A stretch of DNA of 32,000 nucleotides from Desulfotalea psychrophila LSv54 (GCF_000025945.1 NC_006138.1:1710001-1742000), one strand, 5' to 3'; positions 1 to 9,811 are shown, counted from the stretch's first letter. Numbers and translations: made by a program. Notes: a model not told the origin generated them from the sequence alone.

Positions 1-642
1 CTGAATGAGTAGACTGACAAGATTGTCAATATCCCGTAGGTTTGTCCTCTTCGCCAGGTTCTTCAGACATTCATTTCGTGGTTTGCCTGTTTTGAGTTCA
101 AGAGAAAGTATTTTGAACTCTTTGGCGAGTTCTGGACTGGTAATATGTATTTCCTGGGCCACTCTGCGAATTGCAGAATCTATTCCCATCCCGGCTTCAA
201 CACATACCATCAAAAGATCAATTGCATCGGGAAAGGTACGATCAAGCTCCTTCCTCCGGTAATGGCCTCTGATTTTCAACCTGAAAACGGGTAAGAAGTA
301 GCCGAAAATTCCTGCGAAAATGGCAAAGGCTAATAGTCGTTCTGTGAATGTCCTAAAGCCAACCACATGCGAGATGGTAAGTAGCAGGAGTGGTAAGACT
401 AAGAGGAAGTAACGGAGCAACTGGTAAGAGCGCAGGCTGGTGGAATCATAAATTCCGGCCCGTTGATAAAATAGGGGGGTACCCGAATAGATGCTCTCCG
501 TACCAGCCTTCATTTTTGCCCCGGGCAATCCGAGAACGGTCCAGATGGTATGTCCTCCCCTCTCGTTGGCCTTTGCCTTGCCATTGCCGTTGCTGTAGCG
601 TTTGCACCATTTTTGGGCCCTTGTCACTATATCCTGTTCCAT
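1..642 (-). CDS. tadC: Tad pilus inner-membrane platform protein TadC (type II secretion F domain), partial, runs off left edge; N-terminal TM segment is in another frame
   Basis: Not in the ORF track. Hand translation of the minus strand from ATG at 642 is open for 214 codons: MEQDIVTRAQKW...LFYQRAGIYDSTSLRSYQLLRYFLLVLPLLLLTI...RRKELDRTFPDAIDLLMVCVEAGMGIDSAIRRVAQEI...LELKTGKPRNECLKNLAKRTNLRDIDNLVSLLIQ, a typical T2SF/TadC pattern; lies directly downstream of tadB. Confidence 0.85.
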   Translation of the reverse strand, partial: MEQDIVTRAQKWCKRYSNGNGKAKANERGGHTIWTVLGLPGAKMKAGTESIYSGTPLFYQRAGIYDSTSLRSYQLLRYFLLVLPLLLLTISHVVGFRTFTERLLAFAIFAGIFGYFLPVFRLKIRGHYRRKELDRTFPDAIDLLMVCVEAGMGIDSAIRRVAQEIHITSPELAKEFKILSLELKTGKPRNECLKNLAKRTNLRDIDNLVSLLIQ

Positions 643-649
643 TTTCCAC

Positions 650-736
650 TTACTTATAGATCTTGCTTCCAATCAAGAGGAGAAGGAGGATGACGACAAA
701 TAGAGTTCCTGAGAGTAAAATTGGGTTAGTATCCAT
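650..736 (-). CDS. 28-aa hydrophobic ORF (MDTNPILLSGTLFVVILLLLLIGSKIYK), probably the displaced N-terminus of TadC
   Basis: Hand translation. Starts 9 nt after the end of tadB and ends in TAA at 650-652, directly before the tadC body, which lies in the +1 frame. Confidence 0.5.
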   Translation of the reverse strand: MDTNPILLSGTLFVVILLLLLIGSKIYK

Positions 737-744
737 GTTTTTTC

Positions 745-1698
745 TCACATATCAAGTTGAACAAATTTATATATAATAAAACTTCCAAACGACATCATAA
801 TTACAGCACCTGTAATGAGATAGGGACCAATGGGGTCTGTTATCAGTATAGCTACATACTCTTTGTTTAAAACACTAACAGCTAAGGCAATACAAAACGG
901 TAGGGCAACGAGAATAATAGCTGAAAGTTTTCCCTCTGCGGAGAGGGCGCGAACCCTCTCTCTGAATCTAAATTTTTTTCGAATGATGGCAGAAATTTTT
1001 TCTAATATTTCAACAAGATTTCCACCTGTTTCCCGTTGAACAATGACCGAGGTAACAAAGTAGCGCAACTCTGTGGAATCAACCCTCTTGGCAAAATTGC
1101 GCAGGGTAGAGTCAATACTTTTTCCGAAGTTTATCTCTTCAACAACAATGGCAAACTCCTCATTTATCGGGGCTGGCATCTCTTCGGAAACCATCTTTAA
1201 ACTTGCCATGATAGAGTGTCCGGCCTTCATGGCATATCCCATGAGATCAAGGGCATCAGGGAAGTGTTCTTCAAAATTTATTCGTCTCTGACGACGTTTT
1301 GACAGTAACCACAGAAAGGGGAGCAAGAGGGCAACAGCGGCAGCAGTAACAGAAACGGCAATGTGATTTTTAAGGAGAAAGAAGCTGACAAGAAAAGCCA
1401 CGGCGGAAAAAAGCAGGGAGGAAAGAATAAAAACACCTGCAAGTATTTTAACTCCACCCTGCTGCATCAGTTCGGCAAGTTTTTTTACCGGAGGTATGGC
1501 GAGGAGGATTTCATTAAATAACTTAATATTACTTAAATTGTTATGATTGAGAGCATCCCTTCTGACCTCTTGGGGAGTAGAATATTTTTCCACCATCATC
1601 TGGATAGAGCGGGAATCTCTTCTCACAATAAGGCTATAGCTTACCTGAAGAATAATTAATATTAAAAAAAATAGAGTTAATGCTAGAAACAGTTCCAT
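745..1698 (-). CDS. tadB: Tad pilus inner-membrane platform protein TadB (type II secretion F domain)
   Basis: 317 aa, N-terminal TM, FEEHFPDALDLMGYAMKAGHSIMASLKMVSEEMPAPINEEF...LRYFVTSVIVQRETGGNLVEILEKIS, C-terminal TMs; adjacent to cpaF. Confidence 0.93.
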   Translation of the reverse strand: MELFLALTLFFLILIILQVSYSLIVRRDSRSIQMMVEKYSTPQEVRRDALNHNNLSNIKLFNEILLAIPPVKKLAELMQQGGVKILAGVFILSSLLFSAVAFLVSFFLLKNHIAVSVTAAAVALLLPFLWLLSKRRQRRINFEEHFPDALDLMGYAMKAGHSIMASLKMVSEEMPAPINEEFAIVVEEINFGKSIDSTLRNFAKRVDSTELRYFVTSVIVQRETGGNLVEILEKISAIIRKKFRFRERVRALSAEGKLSAIILVALPFCIALAVSVLNKEYVAILITDPIGPYLITGAVIMMSFGSFIIYKFVQLDM

Positions 1699-1728
1699 AT
1701 TATACCCCCACCAGTAAGCATTCAGAGG

Positions 1729-3114
1729 TTAGTCCTCATCAAAAGGTGTCTCATTTTCATCAAAAAGTTCTTCGGTTAGTGGCACCCCCATTTGGGTAAA
1801 CTTATCAAAAAATTTAGGCCGTACCCCCCTGACCTCAAAATGACCGCTAACGCCCCCTACCTGGTCAATACCCGTTTGCTCAAAGGCAATTATCTCCTGC
1901 ATACTAATAACATTGCCCTCCATTCCGGTAATTTCCGAAAGGCTCACCACCTTTCTTGAGCCATCAACCAATCTATCCACCTGAATAACCACATTAATTG
2001 CAGAGCTGATGTACCTTTTAATATAGTCGCTATGCAGATTAAAACCGGCCATATTAACCATGGTTTCAATACGCATCAGGGCATCTGCAGGATTATTAGC
2101 GTGGACGGTAGTTAAGGAACCTTCGTGGCCTGTGTTCATCGCCTGCAACATATCAATTGCCTCGGCACCACGTACCTCGCCAACAATGATTCTGTCAGGG
2201 CGCATACGTAGGCTGTTGCGAACAAGATTTCGCTGGGTGATCTGTCCCGCCCCCTCCACATTTGCAGGTCGTGTCTCAAGGCGAATCACATGTTCCTGAC
2301 GAAGCTGAAGTTCGGCTGAATCTTCAATGGTAACGGTTCGTTCAGCTGAAGAGATAAATCGTGACATGACGTTTAAAAGGGTGGTTTTTCCTGAGCCGGT
2401 TCCACCGGAAATGAGTACATTTAATCTGGCCTGAACAATGCCCTCTAGTAATTTACCAAGTGCTGGCGTTATTGTCTTTAAGACCTGGAGGTCATGCATT
2501 TCCAGAGGATCAACGGAGAATCGCCTGATTGACATACAGGGGCCATTGAGCGCCAGAGGAGGAATAATCACATTTACCCGGGAGCCATCCGCCAGACGTG
2601 CATCGACCATGGGAGAAATTTCATCAATTCTTCTGCCAACAGCAGAGACTATCTTTTCTATAATTCTCATCAGGTGCTTATTGTCCTTGAATCGGATCTT
2701 TGTCCGTTCAATCTTACCAAATCTCTCAACGTATACAGAGTGATAGGCGTTGACCAGGATGTCTGATACAGTCGGGTCTTTCATCAGCGCTTCCAGTGGG
2801 CCGAGACCTAATACCTCATCTTCAATTTCCTGGAGAAGGCATTCGTGCTCCTTGCTGTTTATCGGCATGACCTTGACACTGCCGTCGGTTAATATCTCCT
2901 GGGTCCTGTTGCGTATCTCCTCCCGCAGTACCTTCTCATCAACACTGTCCAGAAGGGAGAGATCCACAACCTTGGTTAAGCGGTCATGTATATCTGCCTT
3001 CAGTTCAAAATATTCGTCAGAAAGACCGAACTCATTACCCGGAGTAATCTCCACAATGTTTCCATTGGGCTGAACCGGATGATTCAATTTATCAAGATGC
3101 GCTTGCAAGTTCAC
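1729..3114 (-). CDS. cpaF: Tad/Flp pilus assembly ATPase CpaF/TadA
   Basis: 461 aa; Walker [83 protein letters not shown], hallmark of secretion ATPases. Confidence 0.97.
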   Translation of the reverse strand: MNLQAHLDKLNHPVQPNGNIVEITPGNEFGLSDEYFELKADIHDRLTKVVDLSLLDSVDEKVLREEIRNRTQEILTDGSVKVMPINSKEHECLLQEIEDEVLGLGPLEALMKDPTVSDILVNAYHSVYVERFGKIERTKIRFKDNKHLMRIIEKIVSAVGRRIDEISPMVDARLADGSRVNVIIPPLALNGPCMSIRRFSVDPLEMHDLQVLKTITPALGKLLEGIVQARLNVLISGGTGSGKTTLLNVMSRFISSAERTVTIEDSAELQLRQEHVIRLETRPANVEGAGQITQRNLVRNSLRMRPDRIIVGEVRGAEAIDMLQAMNTGHEGSLTTVHANNPADALMRIETMVNMAGFNLHSDYIKRYISSAINVVIQVDRLVDGSRKVVSLSEITGMEGNVISMQEIIAFEQTGIDQVGGVSGHFEVRGVRPKFFDKFTQMGVPLTEELFDENETPFDED

Positions 3115-3141
3115 TCGTCACCTCTTGGTTAAGGCCATCAT

Positions 3142-4302
3142 TTATTTAGCATTCCACCAATGTTTACCCTTGGTGTTATTTTTGCCGACAATAGTTTCAG
3201 CCAGGGCAGAGTACACCCTTGCCAGGTTTGATTTTCCCCTGACATTTGCAATTGGTTTTCCATTGTTAATGGCAGACATCGTTAACTCATAGTCATTTGG
3301 AATGGTAACAGATATCTCTCCGCCAATCATTTTCCCGGCCTCTTTGAGACTAATCTGGGACTTTTTTTCAAAACGATTGGCTATAATCTGTACCTTGCCA
3401 TTGGTCATCTCCCCACCCATATCAAGGGATTCTTTAAGGCGTTTAGCGTTGATGATGCATGGCAGGCTCAGGGTTGATATCAGGTAAACCACCTCAGATT
3501 TTTCAAAAATCTTAAAAGATATGTCATCCAGATACATACCGGAATCAATCACAATATAGTCAAAGAAGTCCTGCATCGCTGTCAGGATGGTAACCAGATA
3601 ATCACGGGCAAGTTGAACGCCATTGGCAATCTTGTTCGGTGCTGGCATGACATAGACTCCCGAGGAGTGTCTTGTCATAGCACTTTTAAGATAGGCCGCA
3701 TCAAGGCGGTTTATGTTTTTGCCTATCTCCTCCCAGTTTAAATCTGTCTCCAGATTGAGAAAGAGGGGAACCTCACCAACCATCCTGTTCATATCTATCA
3801 GGGCAACCAGCTTTGACTTATCAAAGGACTGGATACTGGTGGCAAGATTTACGGCAAAGGTGGTTGTTCCCACCCCGCCCTTGGCTCCGAGAACGCTAAA
3901 TATGCTGCCCTCCTTAGAGGGCATCTCTTCGCTTTCCTGGCCGTTATCAGAAACACGCACCTCCATAAAGGCTTTAACCACCTCTTGGGGAAGAATGGGC
4001 TGCTGGAAGAACTCTTTTGCCCCGGTGTGCAGGGCAGGCAGAAGAATCTTGGAGGTCGCTTCGGCTGAGGTAACAAAGAGAGTGCCGACAACCCCCTCTT
4101 GGAGGAGGGTCCGAATAGTCTCCAGTTCAGAGTCCGGATCACTACCGATTTCAAGGACAAGGACATCAACTCTGGTCGCTTTTGGGTCATCCAGGAGGGT
4201 AATATTATCCAAGGATGAGACAATATCAGTTAAACTCTGCAGCACCTCAGGGGTCTTCACTGCCAGTCGGGCTGAGAGTTTTTTTGTTCTGTTATATTTC
4301 AT
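3142..4302 (-). CDS. cpaE: Pilus assembly protein CpaE/TadZ (receiver-like N-terminus plus ParA/MinD-like ATPase)
   Basis: 386 aa; deviant Walker A VLGAKGGVGTTTFAVNLA, DFFDYIVIDSG; located in the tad cluster. Confidence 0.9.
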   Translation of the reverse strand: MKYNRTKKLSARLAVKTPEVLQSLTDIVSSLDNITLLDDPKATRVDVLVLEIGSDPDSELETIRTLLQEGVVGTLFVTSAEATSKILLPALHTGAKEFFQQPILPQEVVKAFMEVRVSDNGQESEEMPSKEGSIFSVLGAKGGVGTTTFAVNLATSIQSFDKSKLVALIDMNRMVGEVPLFLNLETDLNWEEIGKNINRLDAAYLKSAMTRHSSGVYVMPAPNKIANGVQLARDYLVTILTAMQDFFDYIVIDSGMYLDDISFKIFEKSEVVYLISTLSLPCIINAKRLKESLDMGGEMTNGKVQIIANRFEKKSQISLKEAGKMIGGEISVTIPNDYELTMSAINNGKPIANVRGKSNLARVYSALAETIVGKNNTKGKHWWNAK

Positions 4303-4350
4303 AAAAACCCCTATTAAGAATTTAAGATCTGCTGGGATGGAACTATGCCT

Positions 4351-5613
4351 CTACTTGACCAGCTTTGGTATTTTGGCAAGAATGCCAAAATTCTGTCCAC
4401 CGGAACCTCCCTGCGGTTCATGCGCCTCACAACTCGGTAAAAAGAATATATTTTTTTTCTGATACATATCCTCATAGTCTTCGTCGCTTACAGGAGGTCC
4501 GGTAACATTCTCTAGATCGAAGTGATCCACAAAATCCTTCCAGCAGTTGTGTCGATCTTCAAGGGTTGTGGTGGTACTGCAAGTCCAATCAGCCATCTCC
4601 GTCGGTACCTCTTTCATCTGACTCCAGGGATCATTCTTATGTATAATCCAGATGATGTTTACCTCAACTGCTCCAACCAGGGGTGAACAGGTATTACTTA
4701 CTCCGCAGTCAATCACCGGCAGGGTCACAGGCCATGGGGTATTGGCATTACCTTCACCGTCATCTATGATCCATGCCTCCCAGCAGTCTGTTATGTTGCC
4801 GAAAATATTATCCTGTACGCCATTTTGGGTCCCCATCCCCTCACCAAAATGGATATCCGTTATATTGCTCCCCGAACAGCCACTGGTCAGATCCTGCATA
4901 TCACTGTTACTTGCTGTGGAGCAGGGCTCTTGGGAAAAATTTGTCCACATTGCCGTCATCTCTGTAGCGGCATTTCCACCACTGTTTAACATCCGTCCCA
5001 TATTACAGTTAAAAGAGTCACCATCGGTGATAGTTTCTTTACATATACCAATGGGTAGATCAATTTCCCCCGGATAGAGGTCGCCGGCAAAACCGATATA
5101 GGCTATCGCCTCGGTGTTGACCAGAAATGAGGCAAAACCGAAAATTCGAGCGAAAAAGGCAGGTGTATCATCTCTAAAGCTGACCACCCGTACCGCATTG
5201 ATAAAATTTAGATCAGCGTCCAGCTCAGCGAATGATTTTTCTTGCCACTCGCCCTGAGTATCAGTCGGATTGGGGCTAAAGGTGCTGGTGGTAAAGCTCC
5301 AGTGACCTGTCTCTATCGGTTTAAATTGCACGGCGTCGTTTCCGGTGCTGTTCAGAGAGACGACTCTTTCTGCCTCGGCAATTGCATCGTCTCTGGTCAG
5401 GATACCATTCTCGACGTCAAGTAGTTCATGGGCGCCTGCCAGGGCCCCTGCATCTGCCCCATTTTGTAGCTCATTTCTCACCCCGTAGAGATAACCAAGA
5501 TCAACAGCCAGGGCTGCAAACATAATCAGAACGGCCATGAGTATGGCAGTCAGTACTGCCACCGCCCCCTCTTCGCCTTTTTTACTGCCGGTCTTCAATA
5601 TTGACTTCATCAT
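4351..5613 (-). CDS. TadG-like pilus assembly protein with Cys-rich C-terminal region
   Basis: 420 aa; N-terminus GEEGAVAVLTAILMAVLIMFAALAVDLGYLYGVRNELQNGADAGALAGA is the TadG/TadE N-terminal helix. Confidence 0.85.
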   Translation of the reverse strand: MMKSILKTGSKKGEEGAVAVLTAILMAVLIMFAALAVDLGYLYGVRNELQNGADAGALAGAHELLDVENGILTRDDAIAEAERVVSLNSTGNDAVQFKPIETGHWSFTTSTFSPNPTDTQGEWQEKSFAELDADLNFINAVRVVSFRDDTPAFFARIFGFASFLVNTEAIAYIGFAGDLYPGEIDLPIGICKETITDGDSFNCNMGRMLNSGGNAATEMTAMWTNFSQEPCSTASNSDMQDLTSGCSGSNITDIHFGEGMGTQNGVQDNIFGNITDCWEAWIIDDGEGNANTPWPVTLPVIDCGVSNTCSPLVGAVEVNIIWIIHKNDPWSQMKEVPTEMADWTCSTTTTLEDRHNCWKDFVDHFDLENVTGPPVSDEDYEDMYQKKNIFFLPSCEAHEPQGGSGGQNFGILAKIPKLVK

Positions 5614-5630
5614 AAAAAGTCTCCCGAGAA

Positions 5631-6107
5631 CTACTCCATTCTCATTAACGTTTCCCCAATGAGGGGAACCGTTAACAGCTGGAAATTACCGCCAACTAAG
5701 GCAGCCATATTGGGAAAAAGCAGAAAAGTATAGGTATAGGTTACCCTCACCGTCAAATCCTCCACCCCATCTCCATCCGGGTCAGCGCGAGTAATAGCTA
5801 TGTCACCATCCTGCAGTGTCTGTGGCCCAGCGGATCCCAGACTGATCAGGGAGGAGCTACCACCATCGTCATTGACATAGTCCCGGACAACTGCCCGGAT
5901 AGTATCATCACTTACCTGGATAGGATTTTCACCATCTGTTGAATAGACGATTCCGGCCCGCGCCCCCTCTCGGGAGGCGTTGGTAATCACCGCCTTATCA
6001 AACAGTAAAAAGGAAAATTCAATTATGCCAAAAACCAAAATTAAAAGCAGGGGCAGGACCAGAGCAAACTCAATGGCCGAAACACCCTGGTCTGAACGAT
6101 TTTTCAT
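5631..6107 (-). CDS. tadE: TadE-like pseudopilin/pilus assembly protein
   Basis: 158 aa; DQGVSAIEFALVLPLLLILVFGIIEFSFLLFDKAVITNASREGARAGI. Confidence 0.9.
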   Translation of the reverse strand: MKNRSDQGVSAIEFALVLPLLLILVFGIIEFSFLLFDKAVITNASREGARAGIVYSTDGENPIQVSDDTIRAVVRDYVNDDGGSSSLISLGSAGPQTLQDGDIAITRADPDGDGVEDLTVRVTYTYTFLLFPNMAALVGGNFQLLTVPLIGETLMRME

Positions 6108-6125
6108 AGCTCCACCATAGTTTAT

Positions 6126-6413
6126 CTACTTTGTCTCTATTCCATCAACGGAGATCGAATAAGTTTCAGTTTTAGGTGATGTTGCCTCAAAGCTACCCTC
6201 ATAACGTTTCATAACCCGGGTCCCGACACTTCCCTCTAGCCCCTCAACAGGCGCTACATCTTTACCTGCATTGAGATCATGGATCTGACTCTGCTTGGCA
6301 AGCTCGAAGGAGGTGCCATAGAAGTTGTCCACCTGGGTTGGCTGTTTTGTACAGCCAATCAGGAGAAGAAAGGGGACGAGGAGCATGGCCAGCATACATT
6401 TTTTCATTTTCAT
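6126..6413 (-). CDS. Small lipoprotein in the tad operon
   Basis: 95 aa; lipobox MLLVPFLLLIGC; tightly spaced between the secretin and tadE. Confidence 0.7.
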   Translation of the reverse strand: MKMKKCMLAMLLVPFLLLIGCTKQPTQVDNFYGTSFELAKQSQIHDLNAGKDVAPVEGLEGSVGTRVMKRYEGSFEATSPKTETYSISVDGIETK

Positions 6414-6433
6414 CTCAGCTCTCCGTAAAAGTA

Positions 6434-7876
6434 TTACTCAGGAACGATATAGCCAAAATCGCCTTCCAGTGGCAGACTGTTTGCACCAGTGGCGGAGGCA
6501 TTTTCTACATAGGTCTGCTTCTCCTTCCCCTCCAGCATACCCAAGACCAAGAGTTCAAATGCCGTTGGTTCCACAAAGGAATCCGTCGGCAGAGAGAGTT
6601 CGTCTCCATCGACAGGTGTTACCAGATGGGGGGTGACCACTACCACCAGCTCTGTCTCATTTTTTATGTATTTGCTACTACGAAAGAGGACTCCAAGGAT
6701 TGGGATGTCGCCTAATAGCGGGAACTTCTTGATTGATTCGCGGATATTGTTTTTCATTAAACCGGCAATGGCAAAACTCTGATTGTCATTAAGCTCAACA
6801 ACAGTTGACATCCGCCTTGTCTCAATGGAGGGCACCACATAGCCAGCATAGGAGATGGTATTGGTGAAATCCAGGTCAGAGACTTCAGGGGATACCAGTA
6901 GAGATATCCTGCCCTCACCGAGGACCGTTGGGGTGAAGTTGAGTCCTACCCCGAAAGGTTTCCACTCAATGCTAAATCTGTCGAATTGTTGGGCAACCGG
7001 AAAGGGAAATTCACCACCTGCTAAAAAGCTGGCACTCTGTCCACTCTGGGCGATAAGGGTCGGCTTGGCCAGAACCTTCACGAGACCATCTTCCTGCAGG
7101 GCATCAATTGCAACGATGTAGCTACCACTCTTACCGAAAACAGCATTCACACCGCTACCTATGTTTAGGCCGTCTAGGACACGGGCCGGCTCGATGGGCA
7201 ATGTACCACCGGGAAGACCTGACAGGCCATCCAGCATGGAGAGACCAAAACCACTTGAACCATCAAGGCCAAAGTTAATACCCAGTTGGTTTCCTACTCT
7301 CTTTGATATTTCAGCAATCCGTACCTCCAGCATCACCTGCTGAATTCCTCCCACCTTGAGGAGATTAATGACCTTGCTCGGTGCATAGGCTTCGGCAAGG
7401 GCGAGGATTTTCTGCAGCCTCACCGCTCCGGCGACAGTTCCGGTCAGGGTCAGGAAGTCTCCGGAATCACGAACAGAGACGTTTTCACCGGGGAAGACAT
7501 CATGGATATGTTTTTTAAGTCCGAGCACATCCGGGCGAACAATTATTTCAAAGGTACCCAATATCTTGTTTCTTGCTCCCCAGAGGGTGAGTTGGGTGGT
7601 ACCAATGGATTTGCCACTGACAAAAACCCAGGCCGGTGACTGAGTCTTGGAATAGATCAACTCAGCAATATCCGGATTGACGATATGGGCTCGTCTTATA
7701 ACTTCAGATGATCGAAGTTTGGCCAACCTGTTTATTGTTAACTGAACGGGTTCACCGGGCTTTGTGTTGATTAACACCGTCGCCTCGCTTTCGGCCGCAA
7801 AGGGCCCACCTCCCATGACAAGAAGGCAGCAGATGCTGACGGTCAACATCCTTACAAAATTACACACTGACAACAT
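6434..7876 (-). CDS. cpaC: Type II/III secretin family protein CpaC/RcpA
   Basis: 480 aa; signal sequence, N-terminal pilus/BON-type segment, secretin core (VMLEVRIAEISKRVGNQLGINFG, VLAKPTLIAQSGQSASFLAGGEFPFPV, LVVVVTPHLVTPV). Confidence 0.95.
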   Translation of the reverse strand: MLSVCNFVRMLTVSICCLLVMGGGPFAAESEATVLINTKPGEPVQLTINRLAKLRSSEVIRRAHIVNPDIAELIYSKTQSPAWVFVSGKSIGTTQLTLWGARNKILGTFEIIVRPDVLGLKKHIHDVFPGENVSVRDSGDFLTLTGTVAGAVRLQKILALAEAYAPSKVINLLKVGGIQQVMLEVRIAEISKRVGNQLGINFGLDGSSGFGLSMLDGLSGLPGGTLPIEPARVLDGLNIGSGVNAVFGKSGSYIVAIDALQEDGLVKVLAKPTLIAQSGQSASFLAGGEFPFPVAQQFDRFSIEWKPFGVGLNFTPTVLGEGRISLLVSPEVSDLDFTNTISYAGYVVPSIETRRMSTVVELNDNQSFAIAGLMKNNIRESIKKFPLLGDIPILGVLFRSSKYIKNETELVVVVTPHLVTPVDGDELSLPTDSFVEPTAFELLVLGMLEGKEKQTYVENASATGANSLPLEGDFGYIVPE

Positions 7877-7902
7877 AATGGACTCCTTCCTGTTAACGTT
7901 AA

Positions 7903-8760
7903 TTACTTGGCAATTCGAACTCTTTTTACCTCGTTGCCATTCATGACCTCAATTACATGATGAGCTCTCGCTCTCCTTGGTGCGGTCTTTTTTACTGCTG
8001 TTTTTCCACCCTTAACAGTCTTGAAAACATCCGGAGAGTAGGATTTGAGCAGTGATGTTTTGGTTATTCCTCGGGTGAGGACCGGTTCAACATCAGAGTA
8101 ACCTCGAAGAGCCAGCTGAATACGACCCTCATTCACTGCAAGGGCAAGTTTCTCCCCCTCTTCAAGATCAACCTCAAGGGTGACAACGGTTACCTTATGT
8201 ACCTTTTTGTCCGCACTCTCTTGGGCCAGGGTGCCAACGGAGAGGACCAGGATATTTTGCAGCACCGTCTTTGTTATTTGGCTCCGCGTATCGCCAGGTT
8301 TTTCAATGGAAACCAGGACATCAACCAAGTGGCCTGGGTGCAGAAAACCGGCTACGCCGATAACATTATCCACCTTAATGGCCATGGCCCTTTTTGTGGG
8401 AGTAATCACGGCGGCGAGGCCCCCCTTGGTAAGATCCTGGGGCGCAAGGTCAGAGTTTAAAATAGGCTCGGTGGTAGTCAGGGGGGAGAGGACAATTCGC
8501 CCCACAACCTGTTCCAAATCGGTAAAGTGGCCACTGGGCAGGGTCTCCTGCAGATAGGTGGCCATCTGTACATCTTCGCTCCCTATCTTACTACCACGGG
8601 ACATATCTTTTACTGCAACGGCAATATCAGTCGTTGCCTGTCCTGGTTTTTGTTCCATAACTACGTTTGGGGTGGACATTTTTTTATACACCACAAAGCT
8701 CACCGAAAAGGCAATGACAACAGCTATGACAAGAAAAGTGAGGCGTGGAATGTTATTCAT
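7903..8760 (-). CDS. cpaB: Pilus assembly protein CpaB/RcpC (SAF domain)
   Basis: 285 aa; N-terminal TM, AVKDMSRGSKIGSEDVQMA, VIGVAGFLHPGHLVDVLVSI, TVTLEVDLEEGEKLALAVNEGRIQLALR. Confidence 0.93.
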   Translation of the reverse strand: MNNIPRLTFLVIAVVIAFSVSFVVYKKMSTPNVVMEQKPGQATTDIAVAVKDMSRGSKIGSEDVQMATYLQETLPSGHFTDLEQVVGRIVLSPLTTTEPILNSDLAPQDLTKGGLAAVITPTKRAMAIKVDNVIGVAGFLHPGHLVDVLVSIEKPGDTRSQITKTVLQNILVLSVGTLAQESADKKVHKVTVVTLEVDLEEGEKLALAVNEGRIQLALRGYSDVEPVLTRGITKTSLLKSYSPDVFKTVKGGKTAVKKTAPRRARAHHVIEVMNGNEVKRVRIAK

Positions 8761-8805
8761 CGTTTTACCTCCAGCTGATAAATATAATTTTTGATGGCAA
8801 CAAAC

Positions 8806-9381
8806 CTATATGCCAACAGGTGGCAGACCCTTTCCTGCAATCAGATGATAGAGGATATAGGCCAAGGTACCACCGGCGATGACAGCGCCATAGGGAATGC
8901 CCTCGCGTTGTAAGGTTGAACGGTCTACCCGAAGAGCTGCTGCTCCCACCCCACCAAAAGCGGCAAGAAAAGCGTTGCCCATTCGTTGCAGTGTTATCAG
9001 GCAGGTGCTTCGTATGATGAGCATGACTATTGAAGTCAGCCCACCAAGAATTGCTATCACTAAAAATGCGTAGAAGGTGTGAGCAGCTCCAAGAGCTGCC
9101 CCCACTGCTGCTAGCAACTTAACATCACCCGCTCCCATTCCACCAAGCAGGTGGGGTATCAGCAACAAGCCCATACCGCAGGCAATTCCCTGCAGACTAA
9201 AGAGCACTCCGGCAAACCCGGAGAGCAGGCCATGCACTAACAGGGCGATAAGCATCATTGAAAGGGTAATAAAGTTAGGTATGCGCCGGGCACGGAGATC
9301 TGTTACTGTTGAGACCGATAGGGCTATCAATAGTGAGACAAACAGTACTATCGTCAAGGGATCTATTTTATACTGTGGCAT
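8806..9381 (-). CDS. cpaA: Type IV/Flp prepilin peptidase (CpaA/TadV)
   Basis: 191 aa; conserved aspartates in TVTDLRARRIPN and GGMGAGDVKLLAAVGAALG; multiple TMs. Confidence 0.93.
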   Translation of the reverse strand: MPQYKIDPLTIVLFVSLLIALSVSTVTDLRARRIPNFITLSMMLIALLVHGLLSGFAGVLFSLQGIACGMGLLLIPHLLGGMGAGDVKLLAAVGAALGAAHTFYAFLVIAILGGLTSIVMLIIRSTCLITLQRMGNAFLAAFGGVGAAALRVDRSTLQREGIPYGAVIAGGTLAYILYHLIAGKGLPPVGI

Positions 9382-9459
9382 ACCACCTCCATCCTCTCTT
9401 GCTCAATTGATCAGGGTACTGATCATCGTAAGGTTCTAAATCAGTACCCTGCAGACTCA

Positions 9460-9639
9460 CTATGCACTCTCCAGTGCAGTTGCAATCCTCTGGAATGTGG
9501 TATTTAGGGCGACACCTACAGCAGTAACAGCTGCAATAATAACAACGGCAATGAGTGCTGCAATCAGGCCGTACTCAATGGCGGTAACGCCGCTCTCGTC
9601 CTTTACAAACGTTCGAATCATGCTAAGAGTTTTTTTCAT
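9460..9639 (-). CDS. flp: Flp family type IVb prepilin (copy 2), 59 aa, missing from the ORF track
   Basis: Hand translation: MKKTLSMIRTFVKDESGVTAIEYGLIAALIAVVIIAAVTAVGVALNTTFQRIATALESA*; RBS-like GGAGGA just upstream; ~81% identical to the neighbouring Flp over 57 aa. Confidence 0.95.
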   Translation of the reverse strand: MKKTLSMIRTFVKDESGVTAIEYGLIAALIAVVIIAAVTAVGVALNTTFQRIATALESA

Positions 9640-9811
9640 GGCTTCCTCCTCCCTATTTGCTTTTTACATGCCAGCCTCCATAGCCAGCATCATGGATCAC
9701 CTTCTAAAGGTGAATTAATTCGCTTCTTCAAGGACCAGATCCAACGATGTAACAGTTGAGCCGGGTACCAGTATGATATATCGGGTCAGTACCCTGCAGA
9801 CTCACTACGCA

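Noticed and set aside
446-649. 67-aa minus-strand ORF MENGTGYSDKG...
   Set aside because: GTG-started overlapping frame; the alternative frame reads as TadC, so this is an out-of-frame shadow, although it abuts the suspected frameshift.
3849-4223. 124-aa minus-strand ORF in an alternative frame
   Set aside because: Nested out of frame inside cpaE, whose protein has clear ParA/MinD-like motifs.
3713-4462. 249-aa plus-strand ORF
   Set aside because: Antisense to the well-supported cpaE gene and the end of the TadG-like gene; no recognisable domain.
9497-9718. 73-aa plus-strand ORF
   Set aside because: Antisense to the unlisted second Flp prepilin; shadow ORF.
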